Shown here: positions 17,183-27,450 of the stretch, in pieces
Layout of the letters: each line of letters begins with the position of its first letter
Numbering within the stretch: the first letter of the stretch is position 1
Assembly: GCA_005882275.1 (NCBI GenBank)
Contig: VBAK01000137.1
Location: 5,363-69,362 of the forward strand
Direction of reading: 5' to 3'
From: Candidatus Segetimicrobium genomatis
GTDB lineage: Bacteria; Sysuimicrobiota; Sysuimicrobiia; Sysuimicrobiales; Segetimicrobiaceae
DNA length: 64,000 nt
The notes under the pieces: generated by a model
The model's input: the letters and a program-made list of their open reading frames with translations, nothing else
Told to the model about the DNA's origin: nothing
The model's database searches: none
Translations under genes and position numbers: made by a program

Positions 17183-18328
17183 ATGAGCCGATCTCACAGC
17201 ACCTCGGGACCGATTCGCAGGGTGGGCGTTGCCTTCGTCGGGATCGCGATCTGCGGACTCCTTCGCAGTCCCCCCGCCGTCAGCGCAGATGAGACCGCCG
17301 ACGAGATCCGGCTCGGCGCGCAGATCGCCAAGGAGATCGAGTCTCACTATAGGGTCGTCACCGATCCGGCCATGGTCGACCGGCTTGCGCGCGTGGGGGA
17401 TGCGCTCGTCCCGGTCGTGGACCGCAAGGATCTGACGTATCATTTCCGGGTCATCGACATCCCCGGGGTGAACGCCCTGGGCGTCCCGGGTGGATGGGTC
17501 TACGTCACCCGCGGCATGATGAAGTTTGTGCGCTCGGACCACGAGCTGGCGGCGGTGCTGGCGCACGAGCTGACCCACGTCGCCCACCGGCATTACTACA
17601 TCCAGCAGGCACGGGAAAGCCGCATGGCGCCGGCGCTCATCATCGCGGCGGCGCTGTCGGTGCTCGCGCGTTCCGCGGCGCCCATCGTTGGCGTCTCGCT
17701 CGCCACTCAGGGGGCGATGGCAAACTACCAGCGCGATCTGGAGAAAGAGGCCGATCTTACGGGAATCTCCTACCTGACGAAGACAAGCTACTCTCCCGTG
17801 GCGATGCTGACCCTGATGGAGCACCTCGCCCAGGCGGATAAGCTGACCGGCCGCCCGGATCTGGGCCCGCTCTACCAGGACCACCCCGTGCCGGACGAGC
17901 GGGTCGACTATATTCGCGACGCTCTGATCGCGCGGGGCTTTCCCATCGTGCGCCGGATCCCGGAGGGGTATCTCAAGATCACGCTCGATCCGCCGGACGG
18001 GTCGGACGGGCAGCCGGTCACGGTGCTGGTGGACGGGCGGCCGATCATCCGGCTGGGCGCAACCGTGGCGGGCGAGGACCCCTCCCGCCGCGCCCATGCG
18101 CTGGCGGCTAGGCTCAATGCTTTCTTCAACACCGACCCCGCGCCGTACGATGTCCGCGATGTGATCTCTCCGGGCCGGTGGACCGTCATTGGCGGCCAGA
18201 CGCAGTTGTTCGAAGTCACCACGGAGGACGCTGCGTATGCGAACGGCTCTCCCAAGGCCGTGGCCGAGGGGCTGCGGGCCCGGTTGGCCGAGGCGCTGGC
18301 CGAAGCCCCGTACTATAGGAAGTTTTAA
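17183..18328 (+). CDS. M48-family zinc metallopeptidase
   Basis: Signal peptide; VNALGVPGG, ELAAVLAHELTHV (HExxH), EKEAD, HP; TATAAT at 17165-17170. Confidence 0.92.
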   Translation: MSRSHSTSGPIRRVGVAFVGIAICGLLRSPPAVSADETADEIRLGAQIAKEIESHYRVVTDPAMVDRLARVGDALVPVVDRKDLTYHFRVIDIPGVNALGVPGGWVYVTRGMMKFVRSDHELAAVLAHELTHVAHRHYYIQQARESRMAPALIIAAALSVLARSAAPIVGVSLATQGAMANYQRDLEKEADLTGISYLTKTSYSPVAMLTLMEHLAQADKLTGRPDLGPLYQDHPVPDERVDYIRDALIARGFPIVRRIPEGYLKITLDPPDGSDGQPVTVLVDGRPIIRLGATVAGEDPSRRAHALAARLNAFFNTDPAPYDVRDVISPGRWTVIGGQTQLFEVTTEDAAYANGSPKAVAEGLRARLAEALAEAPYYRKF

Positions 18329-18333
18329 GGCCC

Positions 18334-19062
18334 GTGGAGTTGCATGTGGCGTTCCTCCCCCAGGAGGCCGGGCCGCTCCACGGCCGGACCGCCGTGGTTG
18401 TCGACGTCCTCCGCGCCACGACATCGGTGCTGGTCATGCTGGAGCAAGGGTGCGCCGAGGTGCTGATCGCCCCCTCGATCGAAGCCGCCCGGCGATATCA
18501 TCGGGCCCATCCGGATGTGCTGCTGGCGGGGGAGCAGCGCGGTCGCGCCCCGGCGGGGTTCGACTTCGGGAACAGCCCCGTGGCCTTCGCAGCCGCCGCC
18601 CTGGCCGGCCGCCGCGTCGTGTTCGCGACCACGAACGGAACCCGGGCGGTGCATCTGGCGCAGGAAGCCTCCGTGGTGTTACTCGGCTGCCTCCGCAACC
18701 GCTCCGCGGTCGCCCGTGGGGCGCTGTCCTTCGCGGCCCGGGACGGGCTTGGCCTCTCCGTGGTGTGCGCGGGCCGAGAAGGGCGGTTCAGCCTTGACGA
18801 TGCCTACACCGCGGGCGCCATCGTCGCCGCCGCGCTATCGGTTCGCGAGGGTGCCGGGAGCGTTGACCTGACCGATGCCGCGATGGCGGCGCTGGAGCTC
18901 TACCGGGGCACCGCACAACCCGCGGCGCTCTTCCGCCGGACCCGGGCGGGGCAGAACGTCATCGCGATCGGGCTCCCAGAAGACCTCGACTACTGCGCCG
19001 ACCCCGACCGCTCCGAAACGGTGCCGAGACTGGGGGACCGCGTGCAGGTGGTGGCGCGGTGA
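18334..19062 (+). CDS. comB: 2-phosphosulfolactate phosphatase (ComB) family
   Basis: VVVDVLRATTS, GFDFGNSP, FATTNGT, VVCAG, FSLDDAYTAG. Confidence 0.9.
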   Translation: MELHVAFLPQEAGPLHGRTAVVVDVLRATTSVLVMLEQGCAEVLIAPSIEAARRYHRAHPDVLLAGEQRGRAPAGFDFGNSPVAFAAAALAGRRVVFATTNGTRAVHLAQEASVVLLGCLRNRSAVARGALSFAARDGLGLSVVCAGREGRFSLDDAYTAGAIVAAALSVREGAGSVDLTDAAMAALELYRGTAQPAALFRRTRAGQNVIAIGLPEDLDYCADPDRSETVPRLGDRVQVVAR

Positions 19063-19069
19063 AGCCACT

Positions 19070-19702
19070 TCAGGCTTTGGCGCGCCCGATGCGGCCGCTC
19101 CATTTGGCAATTTGCCAGGTCGCTTTGAACTTCGCCACATAGCCGCGGAGGAGTCCGTGCTTTTCCTGCTTCGGAACGTGGGTGAGGTGACCCAGCGAGA
19201 CGGTGCAGGCGTGCAGGCCCGACCACTTCAGGTGCCGGCTCAGGACGGCCTCGACGCCGAACCCGGTGTTCTCGAGGTTGGGGATCGCTTCGAGAACCTC
19301 GCGGCGAAGGGCGCGCTGGCCCGAGAAGTTCGGGAACAAGGCTTGGATGAAGTCGCGCTTGATCCGGCCGATGCTGACCGCCGCGGTGCCGGCGAGCACC
19401 GGCCTAAGGAGATCTTCAACGTGCTGCCTGGTCAGCCCGACGAGGTCGCCGTCGAGGAGGAGAATGAACTGCGCGCTCGTGGCTCCCAGTCCGGCGGCGA
19501 TCGCCCCGCCCTTGCCCAGATTTTCGAACAGCTCGATGACCCGGGCCCCATGCTGCCGGGCCGCCCAACCGGTTGCATCGCGGGACCCGTCGCTGACCAC
19601 GATCACATCGTCGACCAGCGGGCACCGTCTCACGGCGCCGACGACGTCGCCGATCGTCCGTTCTTCATTGAACGCCGGGATGATCGCTGCGACTCGATCC
19701 AT
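19070..19702 (-). CDS. Glycosyltransferase family 2
   Basis: AIIPAFNEE, VVSDGSRD, NLGKGGA, LLDGD (DxD), FSGQRA. Confidence 0.9.
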   Translation of the reverse strand: MDRVAAIIPAFNEERTIGDVVGAVRRCPLVDDVIVVSDGSRDATGWAARQHGARVIELFENLGKGGAIAAGLGATSAQFILLLDGDLVGLTRQHVEDLLRPVLAGTAAVSIGRIKRDFIQALFPNFSGQRALRREVLEAIPNLENTGFGVEAVLSRHLKWSGLHACTVSLGHLTHVPKQEKHGLLRGYVAKFKATWQIAKWSGRIGRAKA

Positions 19703-19813
19703 ATTCCCCCCTCGGCCGCCGTCTAATTCAGCGATGCGATGGGAATTCCTGCTGATGTCGTGGATCAGGACGCTGGGTCGATGCGCGGGCGCACCGCTGT
19801 GACGGAGAAGCGT

Positions 19814-20782
19814 ATGCGCTTCATCCTTGGTCTCGGCCTCGGTGCCGTTGTGCTGTTCGGCAGCGTCACGCCGTCTTGGGCCGCGGCCTTTCTTCTACGC
19901 GCCGGCGATCTGCAGGTGCCCGCCGGAACGGTCGTGCACGGCAGCGCCATCTCAGTGGGCGGCAACGCATATATCACCGGCACCGTCGAAGGTGATGCGA
20001 TCGCCTTCGGCGGCGGCGTCGAGGTGACCGGCCGCGTCGAAGGTTCCGCGCGCGCCGTGGGAGGGAACGTGATCCTCCGCTCCACCGCGGTGGTCGACCG
20101 CGGGGCGAGCGCCGTGGGTGGAACCGTGTATTCCGAGCCGGGGGCGTCGGTCGGCGGAGCCCGGGCCCAGCCGTACCTGCCCCCGCCCGGTCCGCCGAGT
20201 CACTGGGGCGGGGCGATGCCGTTCCCATGGGTCCATCATTTTCCCGTCGAATCCTGGCCCTGGGGGCCGGTCCCGTTCTTCATGCTGCAATGGCTGCTGT
20301 TGGGCTTCTATCTCGTGGTCCTGGCCAGCTTCGTGGCTTCCGCATGGCTTGTCGCCGTGCTGTTCCCCGTGCTGACCGCGCGGCTTGCCCAGTTGATCGA
20401 GCGCGATCCGGTCGGGACATTGATCGCCGGGATCCTGGGGTGGCCGCTGACGGTGGTGCTCATGGTCCTCCTCGTCTTCAGCGTAGTTGGGATACCGCTG
20501 GCGATGCTGGTCCCGCTGGCCCTTCTCGCGGCGCTGCAGTTTGGGACGACCGCCGTCGCGCTCCTGGTGGGGCGGCGTGTTCGACGCTCCGGGATGGCTC
20601 AGGAAGTTCTGGTGGGAGCGGTGATCCTGGCCATCATCTTCGGTATCCCGCATACGGTGGGAACGCTGGCGGTACTGGGCGTTTCGACCTGGGGGCTTGG
20701 GGTGGTGCTGCTGGCGCTGCTTGAAGCGCGCCGCTCCCGGGCGTCTCCCTCCGCCGGACCTCCGGCGTCCCCGCCGGCATGA
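19814..20782 (+). CDS. Membrane protein with polymer-forming (bactofilin-like) beta repeats
   Basis: Signal peptide, Gly-rich repeats (GSAISVGG / GDAIAFGG / GSARAVGG / GASAVGG), then multiple TM helices. Confidence 0.7.
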   Translation: MRFILGLGLGAVVLFGSVTPSWAAAFLLRAGDLQVPAGTVVHGSAISVGGNAYITGTVEGDAIAFGGGVEVTGRVEGSARAVGGNVILRSTAVVDRGASAVGGTVYSEPGASVGGARAQPYLPPPGPPSHWGGAMPFPWVHHFPVESWPWGPVPFFMLQWLLLGFYLVVLASFVASAWLVAVLFPVLTARLAQLIERDPVGTLIAGILGWPLTVVLMVLLVFSVVGIPLAMLVPLALLAALQFGTTAVALLVGRRVRRSGMAQEVLVGAVILAIIFGIPHTVGTLAVLGVSTWGLGVVLLALLEARRSRASPSAGPPASPPA

Positions 20783-20857
20783 AGGCCGGGTCCGGCAGGG
20801 AGCTTGGGGGAACCGGAGCGTGCTGAGGCGCGTCCTTTGTTATAATAGGAACGGAGC

Positions 20858-20933
20858 GCGCCCGTAGCTCAGCGGATAGAGCGTCGGCCTCCGGAGCCGT
20901 AGGTCGGGGGTTCAAATCCCTCCGGGCGCGCCA
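20858..20933 (+). tRNA. tRNA-Arg(CCG)
   Basis: Acceptor GCGCCCG/CGGGCGC, D arm GCTC...GAGC, anticodon loop CTCCGGA, T loop GTTCAAATC, encoded CCA; upstream TGTTATAAT extended -10. Confidence 0.96.
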
Positions 20934-21122
20934 GATTTACTGTCCCCTACCTGTCGCCAGCAGCCGGCCGCCATCAGTTTCGGCGGCCTCGGTGCCCGTC
21001 CCTCAGAGACGATCCCTCCAACCCCTGCAGGTCCCTCTTCATGGTCTATGAGCCGGTCCGAGTGGGCATGATGATTATCACAGGCTGCCACGCCGGAGCA
21101 GGGACGTGTTGGAGGGACGATC

Positions 21123-22376
21123 ATGCGAAAGACGCTGGCGCTAGTGGCCATCCTACCGTTTCTCCTGGTGTCCGTGCCGTCCCCGACCAGGGCCGCCACG
21201 GCGCAAGACGTTGGAGCCGCCGGGAGCGCCGCGACGCCCAGTGTCGGCGTCGTGCTCGCGGAACGCCCGGGCGGGAAGGTGTCCGGGACCGCGTTCGTGG
21301 TCGCCGACCGGATTGCGCTGACCGCGGATCACGTGGTCCGCGGGGCGCGACGGATCCAGATCAAATTCCCCAACCAGTCCCCCGTGGAGGCCAAGGTCCT
21401 CGGCGGCAACGAGAAGGATGACGTTGCGACGCTGTCGATCCCATCGCTTCCGATCCGCCCGCTGCCTCTCGGGGACAGCCGCAGGGTCTTTGAGAGCCAA
21501 CGCGTCGTGGTGATTGGATACCCTCGGGTCGGCGCGCTCGGCAACCCCACGCCGACAGCCACCTTGGGCGTCGTCACCGCGGTTCAGCCCGTCCTGCTGC
21601 ACATGGATACCCCCGTCAATCCGGGGAACGCCGGGGCCCCCGCGCTCAATCGCGGCGGTGAGGTGATCGGCATTCTTCGTGTGGTCCCGGGAGGCGAACA
21701 GGAAAGCATCAACTTCGCGACAGACATCGACGCGGCGAAGCTCCTCGTGGGTCCGGCGGTCGCGGCGCTGCCGCCGGCACCCGCCGGTTCCCCGGGCAGC
21801 CCCCCGGGCCCGGACGCGTATAGGATTTTCCCGGGCGAGGGGATCGGGCCGATCAAGCTCGGCATGGATATGACCACCGCGATCAAACTCATTGGCAGCC
21901 CGAAGTCCACTCATCCGAATACGGCCGACTCCACCGTCGACTTCTACTGGTACGATCCGGCACGCGCTCAGGGCGGCTATCTGCTGACCGCCCGCTCGGG
22001 CATCATCACCGGCGTCGGAATATGGCTGGACTCACGGTATGTGACGGTCGGCGCGCTGCACACACGCGGCGGCGGTGACGGGGGGCAGTCGGGCGCGTCA
22101 CAGGGCAGGGTCGAAGCGGTGATGGGCCGTCCGACGAGGACGGAGACCCGCAGGGGACCGGAGGGAGAGCCACTCGCCCATGGGCTCGTCTACGAGAGCC
22201 GCGGGGTGACGTTCTGGATCGTCGATGACGCCCGAACGGTTGGGAATCCCCCCACGTCGTACCTCGAACTGACGATGAATACGCTTCACCCCGCCACGGT
22301 AAGCACCCTCACGCTGCTGCACCTGCACGACGAGGTGGTGGAAATCGTGGTCCACAAGGCGCACGGATCCGCGTAA
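21123..22376 (+). CDS. Secreted trypsin-like (S1C/HtrA-type) domain protein with catalytic Ser replaced by Ala, plus a C-terminal domain
   Basis: SGTAF, LTADHVV (His), DDVA (Asp), IGYP, but NPGNAGAP instead of NPGNSGGP; Pro-rich linker; IFPGEGIGPIKLGM-type domain. Confidence 0.8.
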   Translation: MRKTLALVAILPFLLVSVPSPTRAATAQDVGAAGSAATPSVGVVLAERPGGKVSGTAFVVADRIALTADHVVRGARRIQIKFPNQSPVEAKVLGGNEKDDVATLSIPSLPIRPLPLGDSRRVFESQRVVVIGYPRVGALGNPTPTATLGVVTAVQPVLLHMDTPVNPGNAGAPALNRGGEVIGILRVVPGGEQESINFATDIDAAKLLVGPAVAALPPAPAGSPGSPPGPDAYRIFPGEGIGPIKLGMDMTTAIKLIGSPKSTHPNTADSTVDFYWYDPARAQGGYLLTARSGIITGVGIWLDSRYVTVGALHTRGGGDGGQSGASQGRVEAVMGRPTRTETRRGPEGEPLAHGLVYESRGVTFWIVDDARTVGNPPTSYLELTMNTLHPATVSTLTLLHLHDEVVEIVVHKAHGSA

Positions 22377-22405
22377 GCTCCCCGCGGGTGAGGGCGGCGA
22401 CGGGG

Positions 22406-23179
22406 CTAGCGCTTCACCCCCAGGATCACGATCTCGTCCCACGCAAAGCGCAGCGTGTCGCCCTCGAGTCTGATCCGAAACGCCGAGCGCGCGTCCGCGG
22501 ACGCCCCGAGCAGGCTGGCGCGCAGGGCCGCCGCCTCCGCCGCCGCCACCCCGCTCCGCCGGACCCAGTCCGCGAACTCGAGCGGGACCTGGGTCATGAC
22601 GGCGGCTTCGACGCGAAGGCCGCTCTGGTCTACGAGTGCCACGAGTTCGCTCGGCGGACGGTTGGTCACGTGCGATGGGTCGCGCCGGAGCTCCCACTCG
22701 TTCATCGCTCGGGCCAGCGCGGGGTTCTCCGGGGCACACGTGTCGTTCAGGACGACCCGCCCTCCGATCTTCGCGACGCGGCCCATCTCCGCGAGCGCCC
22801 GGGGAAAATCCGGGAAATGGTGGGCCGCGTGGCGGCAGGCCACGATGTCGAAGGCGCGGTCCGGGAACGGCAGCGCTTCGGCGTCGCCCAGGCACAAGAG
22901 GAAGTTGGGCACCCCGCGGTCGGCGGCGAGGCGCCGGGCCTCGCGGACCATGTCCGGCGTCAGGTCGACCCCGACAACCTGACGGCACCGCGCCGCGAGG
23001 GCCAGGCCCGTAAATCCGGTCCCCGTCGCGACATCGAGCGCGCGCGCCTCCGGCAGGGGAGCGGACAACCGCAGCAGTTCCCCGAGGCTCGCGGACCCGC
23101 GGTGGACCGCGCTGGCCGTATACCACCGCGCCTGGCGCCCGAACTGGGCCCGGACCGTCCGCTTCGTCTCGTCGGTCAT
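22406..23179 (-). CDS. Class I SAM-dependent methyltransferase
   Basis: LDVATGTG, GVDLT, GDAEALPFPDRAFDIV, AAHHF, GGRVV. Confidence 0.92.
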   Translation of the reverse strand: MTDETKRTVRAQFGRQARWYTASAVHRGSASLGELLRLSAPLPEARALDVATGTGFTGLALAARCRQVVGVDLTPDMVREARRLAADRGVPNFLLCLGDAEALPFPDRAFDIVACRHAAHHFPDFPRALAEMGRVAKIGGRVVLNDTCAPENPALARAMNEWELRRDPSHVTNRPPSELVALVDQSGLRVEAAVMTQVPLEFADWVRRSGVAAAEAAALRASLLGASADARSAFRIRLEGDTLRFAWDEIVILGVKR

Positions 23180-23238
23180 CGTCGGTGTCTCTGAAGGAGT
23201 GCGGGGCGGGCGCGCGAACCCTGCCGTGTGATCCCACC

Positions 23239-23652
23239 GTGAGCCTCGCGCGCTGGCACGCCTCGCTCGTTCTCCCGGTCCTCACGCTCGCGGGGGACAC
23301 ACTCTGCATCGCCCTGGCGTTGTTCGGCGATCTGACCCGCCGCTACCACATGCCGTACCTCTTCTGGTGGATTCTGTGGCTGGCCCAGATCCCCCTGGGC
23401 CTTCAAGCGGCGGTGGGGGTGGGGCTCCTCGCGCGCGGCGCGCATCCCCGGACCGGTTATCATATCATGTACGGCGGACTGATCGTGCTCACGCTCGCGG
23501 CGCTGTACGGCCTCAGGCCCGGGGGCGGGCTCCGGCGGGCGTTCATCAAGGACGATGGGGGCTACCGCGAGTCCCGGTGGATGCTGCTGCTCTGCTTGTT
23601 CCTCGCCGGGCTGGTGGCCCGGGCCTACATGACCGGGGTGCTGGGACGATAG
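23239..23652 (+). CDS. Hypothetical four-TM membrane protein
   Basis: Four hydrophobic segments, H..YG and RAYMTG patterns; start uncertain (GTG 23239). Confidence 0.7.
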   Translation: MSLARWHASLVLPVLTLAGDTLCIALALFGDLTRRYHMPYLFWWILWLAQIPLGLQAAVGVGLLARGAHPRTGYHIMYGGLIVLTLAALYGLRPGGGLRRAFIKDDGGYRESRWMLLLCLFLAGLVARAYMTGVLGR

Positions 23653-23675
23653 GCAACAGGTGTTCGCCATCCGCA

Positions 23676-23704
23676 TTGACAAAGCCCAGGGGGTTTGTTA
23701 AAGT
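23676..23704 (+). promoter_or_regulatory. Sigma70 promoter of the ilv-leu operon
   Basis: TTGACA(23676-23681)-N17-TAAAGT(23699-23704) with extended TG. Confidence 0.8.
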
Positions 23705-23724
23705 TTCCCAAAGTCTACACGCAC

Positions 23725-23979
23725 GCGATGAAGAGAGCAGGACGCGGCACTCCGGATCCGAGAGAGCTGGGCGGGGTGTGAGCCAGTATCCGGCGCTGCG
23801 AACTCTCCTCTCCGAGCCGCGGGAGCCAAGGGCGCGCATCAAGTCCGCCGAGTAGCCCCCGCCGGAACCCACCGAGACCGGGGATGAGCGCCGCCCGGGA
23901 CCACGCCGTCCGGGGCCGGAACTAGGGTGGTACCGCGGGGAGTCCCGTCTCTAGAGGACTCCGCGCGGTTTTTGTTTTT
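23725..23979 (+). ncRNA. T-box riboswitch (Leu specifier CUC) with intrinsic terminator
   Basis: Stem I start GCGATGAAGAG, AGAGA and GGTGTGA motifs, specifier GAA-CTC (23803-23805), T-box AGGGTGGTACCGCG (23924-23937), terminator CCGCGGGGAGTCC...GGACTCCGCGCGG followed by TTTTTGTTTTT. Confidence 0.93.
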
Positions 23980-24032
23980 GGCGAGAAGATTTTGCTGTCA
24001 GGCCCGATCTCGCGGGAAGAGGGGACGTGAGG

Positions 24033-25766
24033 ATGATGGCCCGACCGACGGTCTCCGGAGCAAAGCCGGTGCCGGCCGGCACGATCAAGCGGATGTCCGG
24101 GGCCCGCGCGCTCATCGAGTGCCTCAACCGGACCGGGGTCGAGGTGATCTTCGGGCATCCGGGAGGGGCGGCGCTCCCGCTGTACGATGCCCTCTACGAC
24201 GCCCGCGAAATCCGCCACGTCCTGGTCCGGCACGAGCAGGTGGCGGCGCACGCCGCGGTCGGCTATCACCGGGTCACCGGGAAGATCGGGGTCTGCATGG
24301 CGACCTCGGGCCCGGGGGCGACGAACCTCCTGACCGGGATCACCGACGCGATGATGGACTCGGCGGGCATCGTCGCGATCACCGGCCAGGTGAGCACCCT
24401 CTCCATCGGGACGGACGCGTTTCAGGAGGCCGACGTGATGGGCCTTACCACGTCCATCACCAAGCACAACTGGCTCGTGCAGACGCCGCAGGATCTCCCG
24501 CGCATGGTGCTCCAGAGCTTCCTCATCGCCGGCATGGGCCGCCCGGGCCCGGTGCTGGTGGACATCCCCCGGGACATCGCCCAGACCGAGACGGAGTTCG
24601 AGTTTCCCGAGCAGGTGACGCTGCGCACCGGGAAGGTGCCGCCGGCCGTCCCCAGCCCCAACCAGATCGCGGCCGCCGCGGCCCTGTTGAGCGGGGCGTC
24701 CCGGCCCATCGTGTACGCGGGCGGGGGCGTCCTCAGCAGCAACGCGGCGGCGGAGCTGACCGCGTTCGCGCGGAAGACCCGCATCCCCGTCACCACGACG
24801 CTGATGGGCAAAGGCGGCTTCCCCGAGACGGACCCGCTCTCGCTGGGCATGCTGGGCATGCACGGCACCGCGTACGCCAACTACGCGATCAATGCCGCGG
24901 ATGTGATCCTGGCCGTGGGCGTGCGCTTCGACGACCGAGTCACGGGCCGTCTCAAGGACTTCGCGCCGCACGCGCGGTTCATCCACATCGACATCGATCC
25001 GGCGGAGATCGGCAAGAACAAACCGGCCCACGTCCCGATCGTGGGAGACGCCAAGGAGGCCCTGCGCGTGCTCGCCGCGCAGGTGACCGCGCCAGACGGC
25101 GAGGCCTGGCACCGGCAGATCGCGGAGTGGAAGGAGCGCTATCCGCTCCGGTACCGGCAGGAGGGGGAGGTGATCCTCCCCCAGTTCGCCATCGACGAGA
25201 TCTACCGCCTCACCCAGGGGAAGGCGATTGTCGCAACCGATGTCGGCCAGCACCAGATGTGGGCCGCGCAGTTCTACCGTAGCACCGAGCCGCGCACGTG
25301 GGTGACCTCGGGCGGGCTGGGGGCGATGGGGTTCGGATTCCCGGCGGCGATCGGCGCGCAGATCGGGCGCCCGGACGCGCTGGTCTGCGCGATCGTCGGC
25401 GACGGCGGCTTCCAAATGACGATGCAGGATCTTGCCACCGCCGTGGAGTGGGGCCTGCCGATCAAGATCTACATCATCAACAACAAATCGCTGGGCATGG
25501 TCCGGCAGTGGCAGCAGCTGTTCTACCGGGAGCGGTACTCGCACGTCTGGCTGCAGAACCCGGACTTCGCCAAGCTGGCGGAGGCGTTTGGGGCGGTCGG
25601 GATCACCGTCCGCCGCCCCGAAGAGGTTGCCCCGGCGATCGAGCGGTCGCTCGCGGTCACCGACCGGCCGTGCCTCGTCGATTTCTTCTGCCGGCCGGAG
25701 GAGAACTGCTACCCGATGATTCCGTCCGGACAGTCCATCAAGGAAATGATCGTCGAGGGAAAGTGA
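24033..25766 (+). CDS. ilvB: Acetolactate synthase large subunit
   Basis: [60 protein letters not shown]. Confidence 0.97.
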   Translation: MMARPTVSGAKPVPAGTIKRMSGARALIECLNRTGVEVIFGHPGGAALPLYDALYDAREIRHVLVRHEQVAAHAAVGYHRVTGKIGVCMATSGPGATNLLTGITDAMMDSAGIVAITGQVSTLSIGTDAFQEADVMGLTTSITKHNWLVQTPQDLPRMVLQSFLIAGMGRPGPVLVDIPRDIAQTETEFEFPEQVTLRTGKVPPAVPSPNQIAAAAALLSGASRPIVYAGGGVLSSNAAAELTAFARKTRIPVTTTLMGKGGFPETDPLSLGMLGMHGTAYANYAINAADVILAVGVRFDDRVTGRLKDFAPHARFIHIDIDPAEIGKNKPAHVPIVGDAKEALRVLAAQVTAPDGEAWHRQIAEWKERYPLRYRQEGEVILPQFAIDEIYRLTQGKAIVATDVGQHQMWAAQFYRSTEPRTWVTSGGLGAMGFGFPAAIGAQIGRPDALVCAIVGDGGFQMTMQDLATAVEWGLPIKIYIINNKSLGMVRQWQQLFYRERYSHVWLQNPDFAKLAEAFGAVGITVRRPEEVAPAIERSLAVTDRPCLVDFFCRPEENCYPMIPSGQSIKEMIVEGK

Positions 25767-26305
25767 GTACCGCCGTTACGGACCTGCCGGCCGGCCCGCG
25801 GGGCGCCCCCCACCGGAGCACGAAGCATACCATCTCGGTGCTCGTGGAGAACAGCCCCGGGGTCTTGATGAAGGTGGCCGGGCTCTTCCGGCGCCGCGGC
25901 TACAACATCGACAGCCTGGCCGTGGGAGTGACCGAGCAGCCGACGGTCTCGCGGATGATCATTATCGTGGGGGGCGAGCCCGAGATCCTCGAGCAGATCA
26001 TCAAGCAGCTCAACAAGCTCATCGAGGTGATCAAGGTCAACGACGTGACCGGGTTCAGCACCGTCGACCGGGAGCTCGCCCTGATCAAACTCAACGCCAC
26101 CCCGTCGACGCGCATGGAGATCATGGAGATCTCCAACGTGTTCCGGGCCAACGTCGTGGACCTCACCGAGAAGACGATGACCCTGGAAGTGACGGGGCGC
26201 TCGGACAAGATCGACGCGATCCTCTCGCTCGTGCAGAAGTACGGGATTCGCGAGATGGTGCGGACGGGCCAGGTCACCCTGGTCCGGGGCACCCAGCCGA
26301 CATAA
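25763..26305 (+). CDS. ilvN: Acetolactate synthase small regulatory subunit
   Basis: [51 protein letters not shown]; GTGA overlap with ilvB. Confidence 0.96.
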   Translation: MSTAVTDLPAGPRGAPHRSTKHTISVLVENSPGVLMKVAGLFRRRGYNIDSLAVGVTEQPTVSRMIIIVGGEPEILEQIIKQLNKLIEVIKVNDVTGFSTVDRELALIKLNATPSTRMEIMEISNVFRANVVDLTEKTMTLEVTGRSDKIDAILSLVQKYGIREMVRTGQVTLVRGTQPT

Positions 26306-26316
26306 GGAGGGGGCCG

Positions 26317-27423
26317 ATGCCCGCGAAAGTCTACTACGAACAGGACGCCAACCTGAGCATCCTCCGCGGCAAGCGCGTGGCCGTCATCGGCTACGGCAGC
26401 CAGGGGCACGCCCAGGCTCAGAACCTTCGGGACAGCGGGGTCTCGGTGGTCGTCGGCCTGTACAAAGGCAGCCGCTCCTGGGAGCTGGCGGAGCGGGACG
26501 GGCTCGAGGTCGACACCGTCCCGCAGGCCGTCGGGGGGGCCGACGTCGTCCAGATCCTGATCCCCGACGAGATCCAGGGACGGGTCTACCGGGAGGACAT
26601 TCAGCCTCAGATGGCCCGCGGGAAGGCCCTCGGGGTCTCCCACGGGTTCAGCATCCATTTCCACCAGGTCGTCCCCCCACCCGACGTGGACGTGTTCATG
26701 ATCGCCCCGAAGAGCCCCGGCCATCTGCTGCGCCGGATGTACGTCGAGGGCAAGGGCGTGCCGTCGCTCCTGGCGCTGCATCAGGATTTTACCGGCAAGG
26801 CCAAGGCCATCGCGCTGGCCTACGCCCACGGGATCGGCAGCCTGCGCGCCGGCGTCATCGAGACCACCTTCCGCGAGGAGACCGAAAGCGATCTGTTCGG
26901 GGAGCAGACCGTGCTCTGCGGCGGGATCTCCGAGCTGATCAAGGCGGGGTTCGAGACGCTGGTCCAGGCCGGGTACGCCCCGGAGATCGCCTACTTCGAG
27001 TGCCTCCACGAGATGAAATTGATCGTGGACCTCATCTACGAAGGCGGGCTGGGCCTGATGCGCTACTCGGTGAGCAACACGGCGAAGTTCGGGGATTTCA
27101 CCCGCGGCACCCGCATCGTCACCGACGGGACCCGCGCCGAGATGCGGCGCATTCTCGGCGAGATCCAGAGCGGGGCGTTCGCCAAGGAGTGGATCCTGGA
27201 GAATCAGGCCGGCCGGCCGCTCTTCAACGCCCGATACCGGCAGGAGACGGACCATCCCATTGAGGAGATCGGACGCCAGCTGCGCGCCATGATGCCCTGG
27301 CTGCAGCGGGACGCCGGCGCCGCGGGCGGGCCGGGGGGCGGCGGCCCCAAGCCTTCCCCACGGCCGGCGGAGGCACGGAGCGGGGCGGAGGGACGGAAGT
27401 CCGAAGCCAAAGCCAAGCGGTGA
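26317..27423 (+). CDS. ilvC: Ketol-acid reductoisomerase
   Basis: [34 protein letters not shown]. Confidence 0.97.
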   Translation: MPAKVYYEQDANLSILRGKRVAVIGYGSQGHAQAQNLRDSGVSVVVGLYKGSRSWELAERDGLEVDTVPQAVGGADVVQILIPDEIQGRVYREDIQPQMARGKALGVSHGFSIHFHQVVPPPDVDVFMIAPKSPGHLLRRMYVEGKGVPSLLALHQDFTGKAKAIALAYAHGIGSLRAGVIETTFREETESDLFGEQTVLCGGISELIKAGFETLVQAGYAPEIAYFECLHEMKLIVDLIYEGGLGLMRYSVSNTAKFGDFTRGTRIVTDGTRAEMRRILGEIQSGAFAKEWILENQAGRPLFNARYRQETDHPIEEIGRQLRAMMPWLQRDAGAAGGPGGGGPKPSPRPAEARSGAEGRKSEAKAKR

Positions 27424-27450
27424 GCAGCGTCATCCAGGGAGGACACGACC

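Noticed and set aside
18334-19062. Coenzyme M biosynthesis inferred from comB
   Set aside because: No comA, comC or comDE nearby; orphan ComB-family phosphatases are widespread.
20858-22400. tRNA-Arg as the integration site of an island
   Set aside because: No integrase and no duplicated tRNA 3' end seen downstream; only one accessory-looking gene follows.
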